From: an uncultured Pseudomonadota bacterium | GTDB taxonomy: Bacteria; Oederibacteriota; Muellerivitia; Muellerivitales; Muellerivitaceae | Assembly: GCA_963843375.1 (NCBI GenBank) | Contig: CAWJKT010000028.1 | Location: forward strand, 1 to 36,623 | DNA: 36,623 nt | Direction: 5' to 3' | Shown here: positions 28,854-36,623 of the stretch, piece by piece | How positions within the stretch are numbered: the first letter of the stretch is position 1 | How the letters are laid out: each line of letters begins with the position of its first letter | Notes under the pieces: model-generated | Databases searched by the model: none | What the model was told of the DNA's origin: nothing | What the model saw: the letters and a program-made list of their open reading frames with translations, nothing else | Position numbers and translations under genes: made by a program

Positions 28854-30611
28854 TTAAACACTTTCCTTGGGCCTCAAAAATAGAAAGGTCTCTCGGATAT
28901 CCTCTTCTTCCAAGTATTTTAGTGAAGGTTTAAAGAGATCACTTCTGGACAGAATACCGACCACCTTTAAGGGATTTGATTTATCAACCACCGGCAATCG
29001 TCCGATGCGATTGGAAGCCATTCGGCTGGCAGCTTGCCGACAGTTTTCGCCCGTATAGGCCACAATCGGTGCCTTTTCAATTAAATCCTGAACCATTTGA
29101 TCCCCTTTTTCAGATAATGAATTATGCTTTTGAACATCCGAAGGAGCGATAATACCTACCAAATCATTTCGGTTGTCCACCACCGGATAACCTCGATGTT
29201 TGTGAATACCAGAAAAATATTTCGGAATTAAAACTTTCACCTTCATTTTAGCCGGTATGGTGATGACTTTTTTCGTCATCACATCTTCCACATGAACCCG
29301 TTCCAAGATATCCACCGAATACTCTCTGAATATGTGGAACCCACGGCGGGCCACCTTTTCAGTTAAGATTGACCTTTTCATCACCAGGACCGTGAATGTG
29401 TGGGCTACCATCGTGGCAATTAAAAGAGGTAATAAGACCCCTTCATCGTGGGTCAATTCAAAGGCGAAAAGGATGGCCGTAAAGGGTGAGCGCATAACCC
29501 CGCCAAGGACAGCAGACATACTGATCAAAGGCCATAAGTTTGCGGCATCATGGGGAAGAAAAAAAGACTCCAACATTCCCAGACCGCTACCAATGATCAA
29601 CAAGGGGGCGAGAACCCCACCCGAAGTGCCGGAACCCAGTGAGAAGGACCAAATCAAACCCTTCACTAAAATTAGTAACAAGACCGTAGTGAAGCCCATA
29701 TTTCCTTTTAAAAAATCCGCGATAACGTCATATCCAACACCCAAAGCCCGGGGTTGAAAATAACCTCCAATTCCAACAGCTAACCCACCCATGGCCGGCC
29801 ACCACATCCAATGTATTGGAAGTCGATGGAATAAATCCTCAAACATATAAACCGCCCCTGTCAGGATGGCCGAAAAGAAACCGGCTAAAAGACCCACGAA
29901 CACCGCGCATAAAAGGTCCTTGATTGGCAACAATCCATGGGGGGGCATGGGAAAGAGGGGTCCGGCCTCCAAGACAAGAGGGCGGATAGCCGCCGCCACC
30001 GCACTTGCCAAAGCAACGGGCACCACGCTGCGGGGTTTCCATTCAAATAATAAAAGCTCAACCGCCAATAGGACAGCCGCTACCGGAGTAGCGAAGGTTG
30101 CCGACATTCCTGCCGCGGCTCCCGCCACCAGCAAAGTGCGACGCTCCACTGCCGTTAGGTGAAAAACCTGCGCGATGATGGAACCGAAGGCACCGCCCGT
30201 CATGATGATTGGGCCTTCAGCCCCAAAGGGACCACCAGAACCGATTGAAACAGCCGCAGAAAGCGGTTTAATGATTGCAAGCTTGGGTTGCATCAGGCTT
30301 TTATTAAACAAGATCGCCTCAAGGGCTTCCGGGATACCATGTCCCCGGATCCGGTCAGAACCATACCGAGCCAGTAAACCGATAAGCAGTCCTCCCAAAA
30401 CCGGAGCCAGAATTACAAGCAATCCCATGTGGTTATCGGCGGGTGAACGAAACCCAAATGATATTTGCTGGTAAAAGAAGAGATTGGTGAAAAAGTAGAT
30501 GGTTTTTAGTAGCACTACGGCAATAAGGGAACAAAGTCCGCCGATACCAATAGCGATGACCGAAATTAACAGAAGGCGTCGGTTGGCGGAAAAATCTGAT
30601 TTGTTGTCCAT
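28854..30611 (-). CDS. ClC-family chloride channel/transporter with two C-terminal CBS domains
   Basis: GHGIPE, GSGGPFGAEGPII, GTSGGVLAP, RSPFTA..FELT motifs; VEDVMT..YPVVD..LVGII and M....IGRLPVVD..GILSRSD CBS pair. Confidence 0.95.
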   Translation of the reverse strand: MDNKSDFSANRRLLLISVIAIGIGGLCSLIAVVLLKTIYFFTNLFFYQQISFGFRSPADNHMGLLVILAPVLGGLLIGLLARYGSDRIRGHGIPEALEAILFNKSLMQPKLAIIKPLSAAVSIGSGGPFGAEGPIIMTGGAFGSIIAQVFHLTAVERRTLLVAGAAAGMSATFATPVAAVLLAVELLLFEWKPRSVVPVALASAVAAAIRPLVLEAGPLFPMPPHGLLPIKDLLCAVFVGLLAGFFSAILTGAVYMFEDLFHRLPIHWMWWPAMGGLAVGIGGYFQPRALGVGYDVIADFLKGNMGFTTVLLLILVKGLIWSFSLGSGTSGGVLAPLLIIGSGLGMLESFFLPHDAANLWPLISMSAVLGGVMRSPFTAILFAFELTHDEGVLLPLLIATMVAHTFTVLVMKRSILTEKVARRGFHIFREYSVDILERVHVEDVMTKKVITIPAKMKVKVLIPKYFSGIHKHRGYPVVDNRNDLVGIIAPSDVQKHNSLSEKGDQMVQDLIEKAPIVAYTGENCRQAASRMASNRIGRLPVVDKSNPLKVVGILSRSDLFKPSLKYLEEEDIRETFLFLRPKESV

Positions 30612-30792
30612 TTATCTAAAGTTTCCATTCGGACCAATAATTAATTGATCTTAGTATTTAAAATCTTTAAAAAGATTAGGCCTGTACAGACTCGCCCAAT
30701 GATCTATCTCCACATCGCTTCAATTTAAACTTCCCAAAAAATAAATTGATGATTTTCACCCTTAAAATAAACCTGAGCAAGCAGGTCATCAT

Positions 30793-31245
30793 TTATGAAG
30801 CTTTGCGATCTATACTTTCGGGTGATTTGTTGATCTTATGGAAAAGGAAGGAAAATCCACAGCCAGCTAAACCCGCCGGAACCACAAGTAGCAAAACAAC
30901 CAACCCCGTTAAATAGTTTTCTCCGTCAATCCCCGGTTTGCTTGCCTTCAAGGGGAAAATAAGATCAGCAAGAACAAGCCCAAGTAACAGCCAAAACGAT
31001 ATTGTGAAAAATTCTAATTCATAAATGATTCCAAAAATAAAAGGCCCCGCGAGGAAACACAAATTAACATTCCAAATGGCGGACAAGGGAAGAGAACGGT
31101 CGATAAAGATCAAATAACCGGCCGAAAGCAAAAAGAAACAAACTGGTAAAAACTTAAAATCATCGCTTTGAATAATCCCTTCCTTTTTAGCTCTTCGTTG
31201 CCAACTTTCGTGAATAAACTTATTTCCTTGGTTTTTTACTTCCAT
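30793..31245 (-). CDS. Hypothetical membrane protein (~4 TM)
   Basis: GAGGTGG RBS before ATG 31245; four hydrophobic segments. Confidence 0.6.
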   Translation of the reverse strand: MEVKNQGNKFIHESWQRRAKKEGIIQSDDFKFLPVCFFLLSAGYLIFIDRSLPLSAIWNVNLCFLAGPFIFGIIYELEFFTISFWLLLGLVLADLIFPLKASKPGIDGENYLTGLVVLLLVVPAGLAGCGFSFLFHKINKSPESIDRKAS

Positions 31246-31386
31246 GGCAATTCCACCTCTCGTTTTCAATTTTGGTTACCTCAGTCCAAATCCGTCGAGA
31301 AACTGGAGGACTTCAATCTCCCAATGGATTCCCCATGGACCGCAAGCAATGAAACGAACAACTTTTTCACAACCTTCTCCTTTTTT

Positions 31387-31441
31387 CAAAATAAAAGGAA
31401 GGGAACTCGGGCCCTTGGGCAGCCGACCCGGTTCCTTTTCC
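31387..31441 (-). terminator. Probable intrinsic terminator downstream of the LysM gene
   Basis: Minus strand GGAA..GGAACCGGGTC-loop-GGCCCGAGTTCC.TTCC imperfect stem followed by TTTTATTTT. Confidence 0.5.
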
Positions 31442-31487
31442 GGATTACTATTTCCAACCCCGGGCCATTAATCGGGAGAATATAGAT

Positions 31488-31919
31488 TTAGAAATAATCA
31501 ACTGGCAAGGTCTCCCGAGGTTTGGAATGAGGCACGTATTTCGGAGTTGCCGAAGCCATACGTTTTGCGTTGCTCAAGTCTTCCATGGAATATCCTTTGT
31601 CCACCCTCAAGTCCTGACGAGGGTAGATCAAATCAGGGTCTTTGATCGTGTCCCGATTGGTCTTGAAAAGTAAGGGCCATTCGAAGGAATCCCCAAAAAC
31701 CCTGGTCTTCCCCGCGATTGTCCATAAGCAGTCCCTCTTTTGGACAATGTAGATTCCCGATGCCTTCAAATTCGGGTTATGTTTAGCGATTTGCTCATTT
31801 GACATCGGTTCATTTGGAATTTCAGTGCTTTCAACACGTTTGGTGCTCCCGCAACCAAAAGCCACGAATCCCATCCCCAAAAAACCGAAAAGTAAAAATC
31901 TTTTTTTTAATTTCAACAT
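31488..31919 (-). CDS. LysM peptidoglycan-binding lipoprotein
   Basis: Lipobox AFG-C; YIVQKRDCLWTIA..W..LFKTNRD.IKDPDLIYP.Q.L LysM motif. Confidence 0.92.
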   Translation of the reverse strand: MLKLKKRFLLFGFLGMGFVAFGCGSTKRVESTEIPNEPMSNEQIAKHNPNLKASGIYIVQKRDCLWTIAGKTRVFGDSFEWPLLFKTNRDTIKDPDLIYPRQDLRVDKGYSMEDLSNAKRMASATPKYVPHSKPRETLPVDYF

Positions 31920-32152
31920 GACAGATCTTCTTTCTAAAATTAAAACTCCAAAATTTTAAACGGCTCAAGCCGTAAATTTCAAAAAACCCCTTTATGCTTT
32001 CATCGAGAAAATGTCGCTCGGATTGTGACAATCCCCTTTCCAACGTGGCCCTGAAATCCTTAGTTGAGATATTCAAAACCACGGTTTCCAGTCGTTCCCT
32101 TAAAGCGGTCACCATAACTTTCCCCTTCGAGCTAACATTAGCTCTTCAATGG

Positions 32153-32572
32153 TTATTCGACACCAGGAGCCTTTTTATCTGGCATAAGGGGTTTTGTTTT
32201 CGAACCCGTCTTTATTCCCAAAAGCAGGGGAGGGATGAGAGAGGGTTCGGTTTCTTTGACGTTAACCGCAGGCTGCGAAGCCATCTTTTCCCATTTCTCT
32301 TCAAGTTTTTGTCTTTTGGAATCTTGGGCGGTGGACGGCACCGAAACAGTATTGTTTGGATTTAAAATTCGCCGGATTTTTGAGGCGAGAAGTGTTTTTT
32401 TGGTCCTGTCATTGGCTGCTGGAACTAGCGGATAAAAAGGGTCCTGGGAAAGCGAGTAAATCGGTTTGCCCCAAGAGTTATTTATAAACTTTTCCAGTGT
32501 TTGCCGAAAAATACCGGCCGGGGTGATCTGAATATAAAAAGAGGCGCCTAACCAAAATTTGTCGCGTTTCAT
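32153..32572 (-). CDS. Hypothetical protein
   Basis: AAAGGAG RBS before ATG 32572; open frame of 139 aa; no family recognised. Confidence 0.5.
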   Translation of the reverse strand: MKRDKFWLGASFYIQITPAGIFRQTLEKFINNSWGKPIYSLSQDPFYPLVPAANDRTKKTLLASKIRRILNPNNTVSVPSTAQDSKRQKLEEKWEKMASQPAVNVKETEPSLIPPLLLGIKTGSKTKPLMPDKKAPGVE

Positions 32573-32671
32573 GGGAACTCCTTTCGTTGGGAATTTTCGG
32601 GCGTTAAATGAACGCACGAAACTCCAGCCGGGTGGAAACCAAACCCGACTGGAATTACACGAAAGGAATTT

Positions 32672-32989
32672 TCAGATTCTTAGGACGCGGGAACTCTTGA
32701 GGGAGGAACCGGCAAAAGCAAAAATTGGATTAAAAAAATCCTTCAAATGTGAAGAAATCCGCAACTTAACAATCTGTGGATTTGAAACAATGACATCTGG
32801 AGATTCCCTTTCAATAATCCGAAAGGCAATATAGTTAGTGGAATGCCCGTCCGAAAGAGTCTTGTATTCTTGTTGGGCACTAGAATGAAGGGTCCCGTAT
32901 TGAGTATAAGCAACTAAGGGCCGAACAACGAAAGCCGGAATCAGGACTAATACCAAAATCCGGAAAAAGATTTTTATGTTTTTTGCCAT
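32672..32989 (-). CDS. Hypothetical protein with an N-terminal hydrophobic segment
   Basis: Basic N-terminus followed by a hydrophobic helix (IFFRILVLVLIPAFVV); no family recognised. Confidence 0.45.
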   Translation of the reverse strand: MAKNIKIFFRILVLVLIPAFVVRPLVAYTQYGTLHSSAQQEYKTLSDGHSTNYIAFRIIERESPDVIVSNPQIVKLRISSHLKDFFNPIFAFAGSSLKSSRVLRI

Positions 32990-33267
32990 ATTCGAAATCC
33001 TGTTTAACCCCACTTTTAGCTTCTATAATCGTAATTATGTTTTCTTTTATACCCGAAAATCAAGGGGTACTTCATTCCCCCGATGTCATTTGTCAATCAA
33101 ACACAATTCAAATGTTCCCGGAATAATTTTTCGATAGGAATTGGTATCGTTCTAGACGGAGCCTAGTTTATGGAATTTGCCAGGCATGCCCAAGTGAATC
33201 CGGCCAGACCTGGAAACGGCTTTAGGAGTCTGAAACAACCGTCCACATCTCTTAAAAATAGGGGGGG

Positions 33268-33633
33268 CTATCCAACCATCAATAGGGCAAGCGGCAGGGC
33301 CCCTCCCGCCGCTAGCAATGCCCATAGGACCCATCGGGGACGAAAGTATTTAAAAGCCACCACCAATCCAACCCCGTTACTGAAAATAAATCCGGCGGAC
33401 ATCAGAAGAACAAACCTTTAAAGGGGCCAAGGTGAGGATTGGGGTGGTGCGTCGGGTAGTTTTTAATCCTTATGGATTTTCGCAAAGACCTTGAGTATTT
33501 CGGGAGCCTGATAGCCGTTCTTCACATCCTTATGCAACCGGAGTGTTTGGAAAGCTCTGGAAACGGTGAAGAAAAGAAGGGTCGGGGCGATGAAACACCC
33601 CTAGAGAAGGTGAAAGCGGCTCAAAAGGTTCAT
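33268..33633 (-). pseudogene. Small membrane-protein gene (PepSY-associated-TM-like) with three in-frame stops; absent from the ORF track
   Basis: GGGAGG RBS, ATG 33633, single frame: MNLLSRFHLL*GCFIAPTLLFFTVSRAFQTLRLHKDVKNGYQAPEILKVFAKIHKD*KLPDAPPQSSPWPL*RFVLLMSAGFIFSNGVGLVVAFKYFRPRWVLWALLAAGGALPLALLMVG*. Confidence 0.75.
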
Positions 33634-33726
33634 CCCGACCTCCCACAATTAAAAACTTCTTCAAAAGTGAATATTCCTTTCTCAATGGCTTTTTCGGGCG
33701 GCCCGTTGGGGGAAGAAAAAGATGAG

Positions 33727-34440
33727 CTAGGATGGAGGGGCCAGGATCCCAGAGGCGGGGTAACGGTTCAAGGCCAGTCCTCCATGGTCAAGAGGCTTGT
33801 CGAGAAAATCCCCAATACCGCGCCCAGAGGACGAGTAAGTATGAAGGCCGCCCAAAAGAGGAAGGTACGGGGAGATCTTCGTGTCGTAATAAAGGCCCGC
33901 TACCACCGCGAACATAATCACGAACACCGTTGCGCCCCCCAGGTAACCCAAGCCATCGCTATCAGCCGTCCAATCCCCCAAAGCGGTTCCCAGCGTTTGG
34001 GAAAACATAATGGTAATCCAATAAAATATGTCGGATTTCGGATCCTTGACCGAATCCACGGCTATCGTACCAAGGGTCCTATGCCAGGTGAAAAGCGACC
34101 CCATGAGTAGGCAAAAAAGCAGGGCCGAACCACCGCCATAACCGATATCCAGGGATGTGTCGGTGAAATCCGCCAAAGTCGTTCCGACCGTCGTGGTGGC
34201 AATGATAGTGAACCAGTAAATGTAAGGATGAAATCGCTTGGCCTTTATCTGAATAATAGCGGCTGCCAGGAAAACGACAGCGAAGATGGCTGTTCCCACG
34301 AGGTAGCCCAGGTTCATGGACATAGAAACCGTATCCCCCCCGGTTTCACCTAGGGTCGTGGCTGCGATCTTGATGACCCAAAAAAGAAGGGTCACCTCGG
34401 GAACTTTGCTCAAACCACTTTCATTCGTATAATTTTTCAT
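33727..34440 (-). CDS. COG4705 / DUF347-repeat membrane protein; frame errors near the C-terminus, true end uncertain
   Basis: LSKVPEVTLLFWVIKIAATTLGETGGD; YWFTIIATTTVGTTLAD; FYWITIMFSQTLGTALGD; the expected FWAAFILTRPLG repeat is present in another frame (~33830-33860). Confidence 0.88.
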   Translation of the reverse strand: MKNYTNESGLSKVPEVTLLFWVIKIAATTLGETGGDTVSMSMNLGYLVGTAIFAVVFLAAAIIQIKAKRFHPYIYWFTIIATTTVGTTLADFTDTSLDIGYGGGSALLFCLLMGSLFTWHRTLGTIAVDSVKDPKSDIFYWITIMFSQTLGTALGDWTADSDGLGYLGGATVFVIMFAVVAGLYYDTKISPYLPLLGGLHTYSSSGRGIGDFLDKPLDHGGLALNRYPASGILAPPS

Positions 34441-34515
34441 GCCCGATCACTTGTACAAAATTTGAACCGCAAAGGAAAAAGCTGCCCCGGTGGCGAAGCA
34501 GTCCCTGGATAAAAT

Positions 34516-35537
34516 TCACTTCCCAACCACGAGAACATAAAAGGTCCCCGCCAAAATCTTTCGTTTGGGTTTGGATTATCCTTCGTCGGCGTGCGAGCCG
34601 GTTCCCTTTGAGCCGTCGTCAGGAAAATTCGATCCGTTTTAGAATCAAAAGCCAGCGTCTTGGCTCCTTCTTCGGTTTGTACGTTTTCCAGCGCGGCATA
34701 TTTATCCGGTGAATCTTCATGGATAACGTTCAGCGTACCGTCGCCGCCGGAGACGAAGATGTTGCCCGATATGGGGTCGAAATAGGTACCGTCCACATGG
34801 TCACCGATGGGCAGAGTCTGGATCACTTTACCATTTTTCGAGTTCATTACCACCAGGAATTTATTGTGGCGACCGCTGGACAGCCAATTGTTTTTCACGT
34901 CCATTGCAAGCCCCGAGGGGGATCACCCGGGGCCGGTGGCCAATGCTGGTGATCTTCATCGTCTTGGAATCGATCTTTAGAATTTCACTCTTGCCTCTAG
35001 GTTATCGAAGACATCGCCTTCGGCGTCGGAAAGGGCCACTTCCGGGGAGCCCCCCAAGTCCAGAGTTGTAACCGCCTTGTCGGTAGCGGGATCGATGACC
35101 GTGGAATTTTGGCTGTCTCCGTTAAAGGTCATCACTTTCCCCGAGTTTTTGTCATAAATGACGACATCCGAGTCCTCGCAGTGGGGATTTCGGCAAGGTG
35201 TTGAAACGTCTTCAAGTCAAAGACCACAACGCTTCCAGGGTCGCCGCTTGTGCCATAGCCCTTGCCCAATTCGGGCAAAAAGCCACCGTGGGATGGGGGA
35301 CCTTTTCGACGGTTCCCACCAACTTCAAAGTATCGGCGTCGAGCACCTGGACGCTGTCGTTATGGGTGATGTAAACCCGTCTTGCGTCGCTGTCCAGGGT
35401 CGATCAAATCCGCCGTCCCCCGGCAGGGAGACTTTTTGGAGGATCTTGTAGCCGCCACTTCCGGTATCCTGCCCGCAAGCCCCGCTCGCCAAACCCGCCA
35501 ATAGCCCCAACAGCAACAATGCCGTGAACTTATTCAT
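34516..35537 (-). CDS. YncE/YVTN-type secreted beta-propeller; multiply frameshifted
   Basis: Signal peptide; GYKILQKVSLPGDGGFD start; VVMNSKNGKVIQTLPIGDHVDG..FDP..NVQTEEGAKTLAFD; corrected end ..GTFYVLVVGK* at 34516; GGAGG RBS. Confidence 0.8.
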
Positions 35538-35673
35538 TCCCGCCTCCTGTTTTAAATGATGAAACTTTCACCGCAGCCTCAATTTACTAGTCATAGACGT
35601 ACCAGTCTCATCAACGGGCCCCGAAGAGCCGGTAGGATGAAGTATCTTTTGCCCCGGAATTCAAAAGTCCCCA

Positions 35674-36621
35674 TCAATTAACCTGCCCGCTTTCCGTGAG
35701 CTGGCCGTTTTGCGCATCCAGAAACAAAGGATGGGCAACCGGACCACCGCTAAAATCAAACATCCCCTCTAGGGAACCGGCAATCGCGTCAAAGGACCCA
35801 CCACCGATGCGACCCAGGTTCCAATTGTCCTCGATGAACCGCAGGACGGACGTTTGATCGGTCAGCGTATGGTCCACGTAATTGATTTTGGCGAACGCAG
35901 AGATGACCAGCAGGGGTAGACGGGGACCATAACCCATTCGCCCTTGGGTTCCGCCCAAGACCGGAACCCGGGGGGTTTGGGACTTGGAAGGAGAGAAATC
36001 GACGAAGGGTATATGGGAAGCATTGACGAGCGGTGGGGCTTGGTGGTCGTACCAGCCGTCCGAATCGTCATAGCTGATGATAATAGCCATATCCGCCCAA
36101 TTGGGCGATTTTTCAAGTCGGTTGATAGTCTCCACCAGGAATGTCTGCTCGCAAACGGGACCCGAATGTCCGGCATGTCCGTCCTGGTAGGCGGGTGCCT
36201 TCAGGAAGGAAACCGCCGGCAGGTTTCCTGAATCCAGAGCACTCCAGAAATCCGCCAAGTCGTACTGGTGTTGGGCTTGGTCGTCCTTGCCGATCATGCT
36301 GACACTTGTAGGCGGAAGGTGTTTTGGGTTGGAGGTGGAAGCGTAATACTGGAAAGGTTCGTGATGGGGGGTATAATCTTTTTTCAACTCGGCGGTTTCG
36401 CAAGCATGGGCCTGGGAAGGATCTCGGAAACCACCCTGAAACCATCCCCAAGTGACCTTTTTACCGTTCAACAGGTCGCCCACATTCCTGCCAGTCATCT
36501 TTAAATGTGGATCCCCTTTTTTGGAGGCGTCATCGAAATAGGGGTCCAGATCCCCGATAATTGTTCCATCCACAACTTTCGGGCTGGGGGACGAGCTTTC
36601 GGCCCCACCGGTCTGGCCCGA
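35674..36621 (-). CDS. Phosphoesterase family (phospholipase C / acid phosphatase AcpA-like); 5' part outside the window
   Basis: SGQT..GDLDPYFD; NVGDLLN..TWGWFQGGF; DYTPHHEPFQYY; LPAVSFLKAP..DGH; YDDSDGWYDH; GYGPRLPLLVIS..DHTLTDQTSVLRFIEDNW. Frame is open to the window edge. Confidence 0.92.
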   Translation of the reverse strand, partial: SGQTGGAESSSPSPKVVDGTIIGDLDPYFDDASKKGDPHLKMTGRNVGDLLNGKKVTWGWFQGGFRDPSQAHACETAELKKDYTPHHEPFQYYASTSNPKHLPPTSVSMIGKDDQAQHQYDLADFWSALDSGNLPAVSFLKAPAYQDGHAGHSGPVCEQTFLVETINRLEKSPNWADMAIIISYDDSDGWYDHQAPPLVNASHIPFVDFSPSKSQTPRVPVLGGTQGRMGYGPRLPLLVISAFAKINYVDHTLTDQTSVLRFIEDNWNLGRIGGGSFDAIAGSLEGMFDFSGGPVAHPLFLDAQNGQLTESGQVN

Positions 36622-36623
36622 AA

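Noticed and set aside
30612..30790. Fluoride riboswitch / CLC-F fluoride exporter
   Set aside because: No GGCGATGG..TTCGCC core upstream, and the protein has GHGIPE/GAEGP rather than CLC-F signature motifs.
31831..32115. 94-aa minus-strand ORF with an AAGGGG RBS
   Set aside because: It overlaps the LysM gene by 89 nt and has no recognisable family; it could be a gene remnant but is unsupported.
33268..33633. Stop-codon reassignment explaining the in-frame TAA/TAG
   Set aside because: TAA and TAG terminate neighbouring intact genes normally, and long genes here have no internal stops.

Overview
Bacterial sequence that reads as two different blocks. 1-~4660 is GC-rich and full of single-base indels. 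It carries gnd, ppk1, a cNMP-binding/DUF1003 gene and a Gly/Tyr-rich secreted protein. At ~4655-4675 it joins abruptly, in the middle of a protein repeat, to a second block with AT-rich spacers; this may be an assembly chimera. The second block is a cell-surface locus of a diderm bacterium with T9SS-like features. It contains: (1) a translationally coupled FecR-domain / outer-membrane barrel / giant repeat lipoprotein operon; (2) a GT-C membrane glycosyltransferase; (3) a PorV/PorQ-family barrel fused to FN3 domains and coupled to a Thr-rich DUF11 protein with a C-terminal sorting-like domain; (4) an AT-rich dissected NRPS set (stand-alone Cys-type A domain, SagB-type oxidase, ACP, LbH acyltransferase) with no cyclase or condensation domain; (5) a GH74/BNR-like propeller with a sorting-like domain; (6) a PilZ protein divergent from a Cys-rich DUF11 lipoprotein, which has a sigma54 promoter, an upstream palindrome and a long structured leader; (7) a ClC-CBS transporter and a LysM lipoprotein; (8) a phosphoesterase / YncE / COG4705 cluster followed by a cryptic stop-interrupted membrane-protein gene. 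No rRNA, tRNA, CRISPR array or transposase was recognised. All family calls come from motif recognition, not database searches, and GC statements are estimates by eye.
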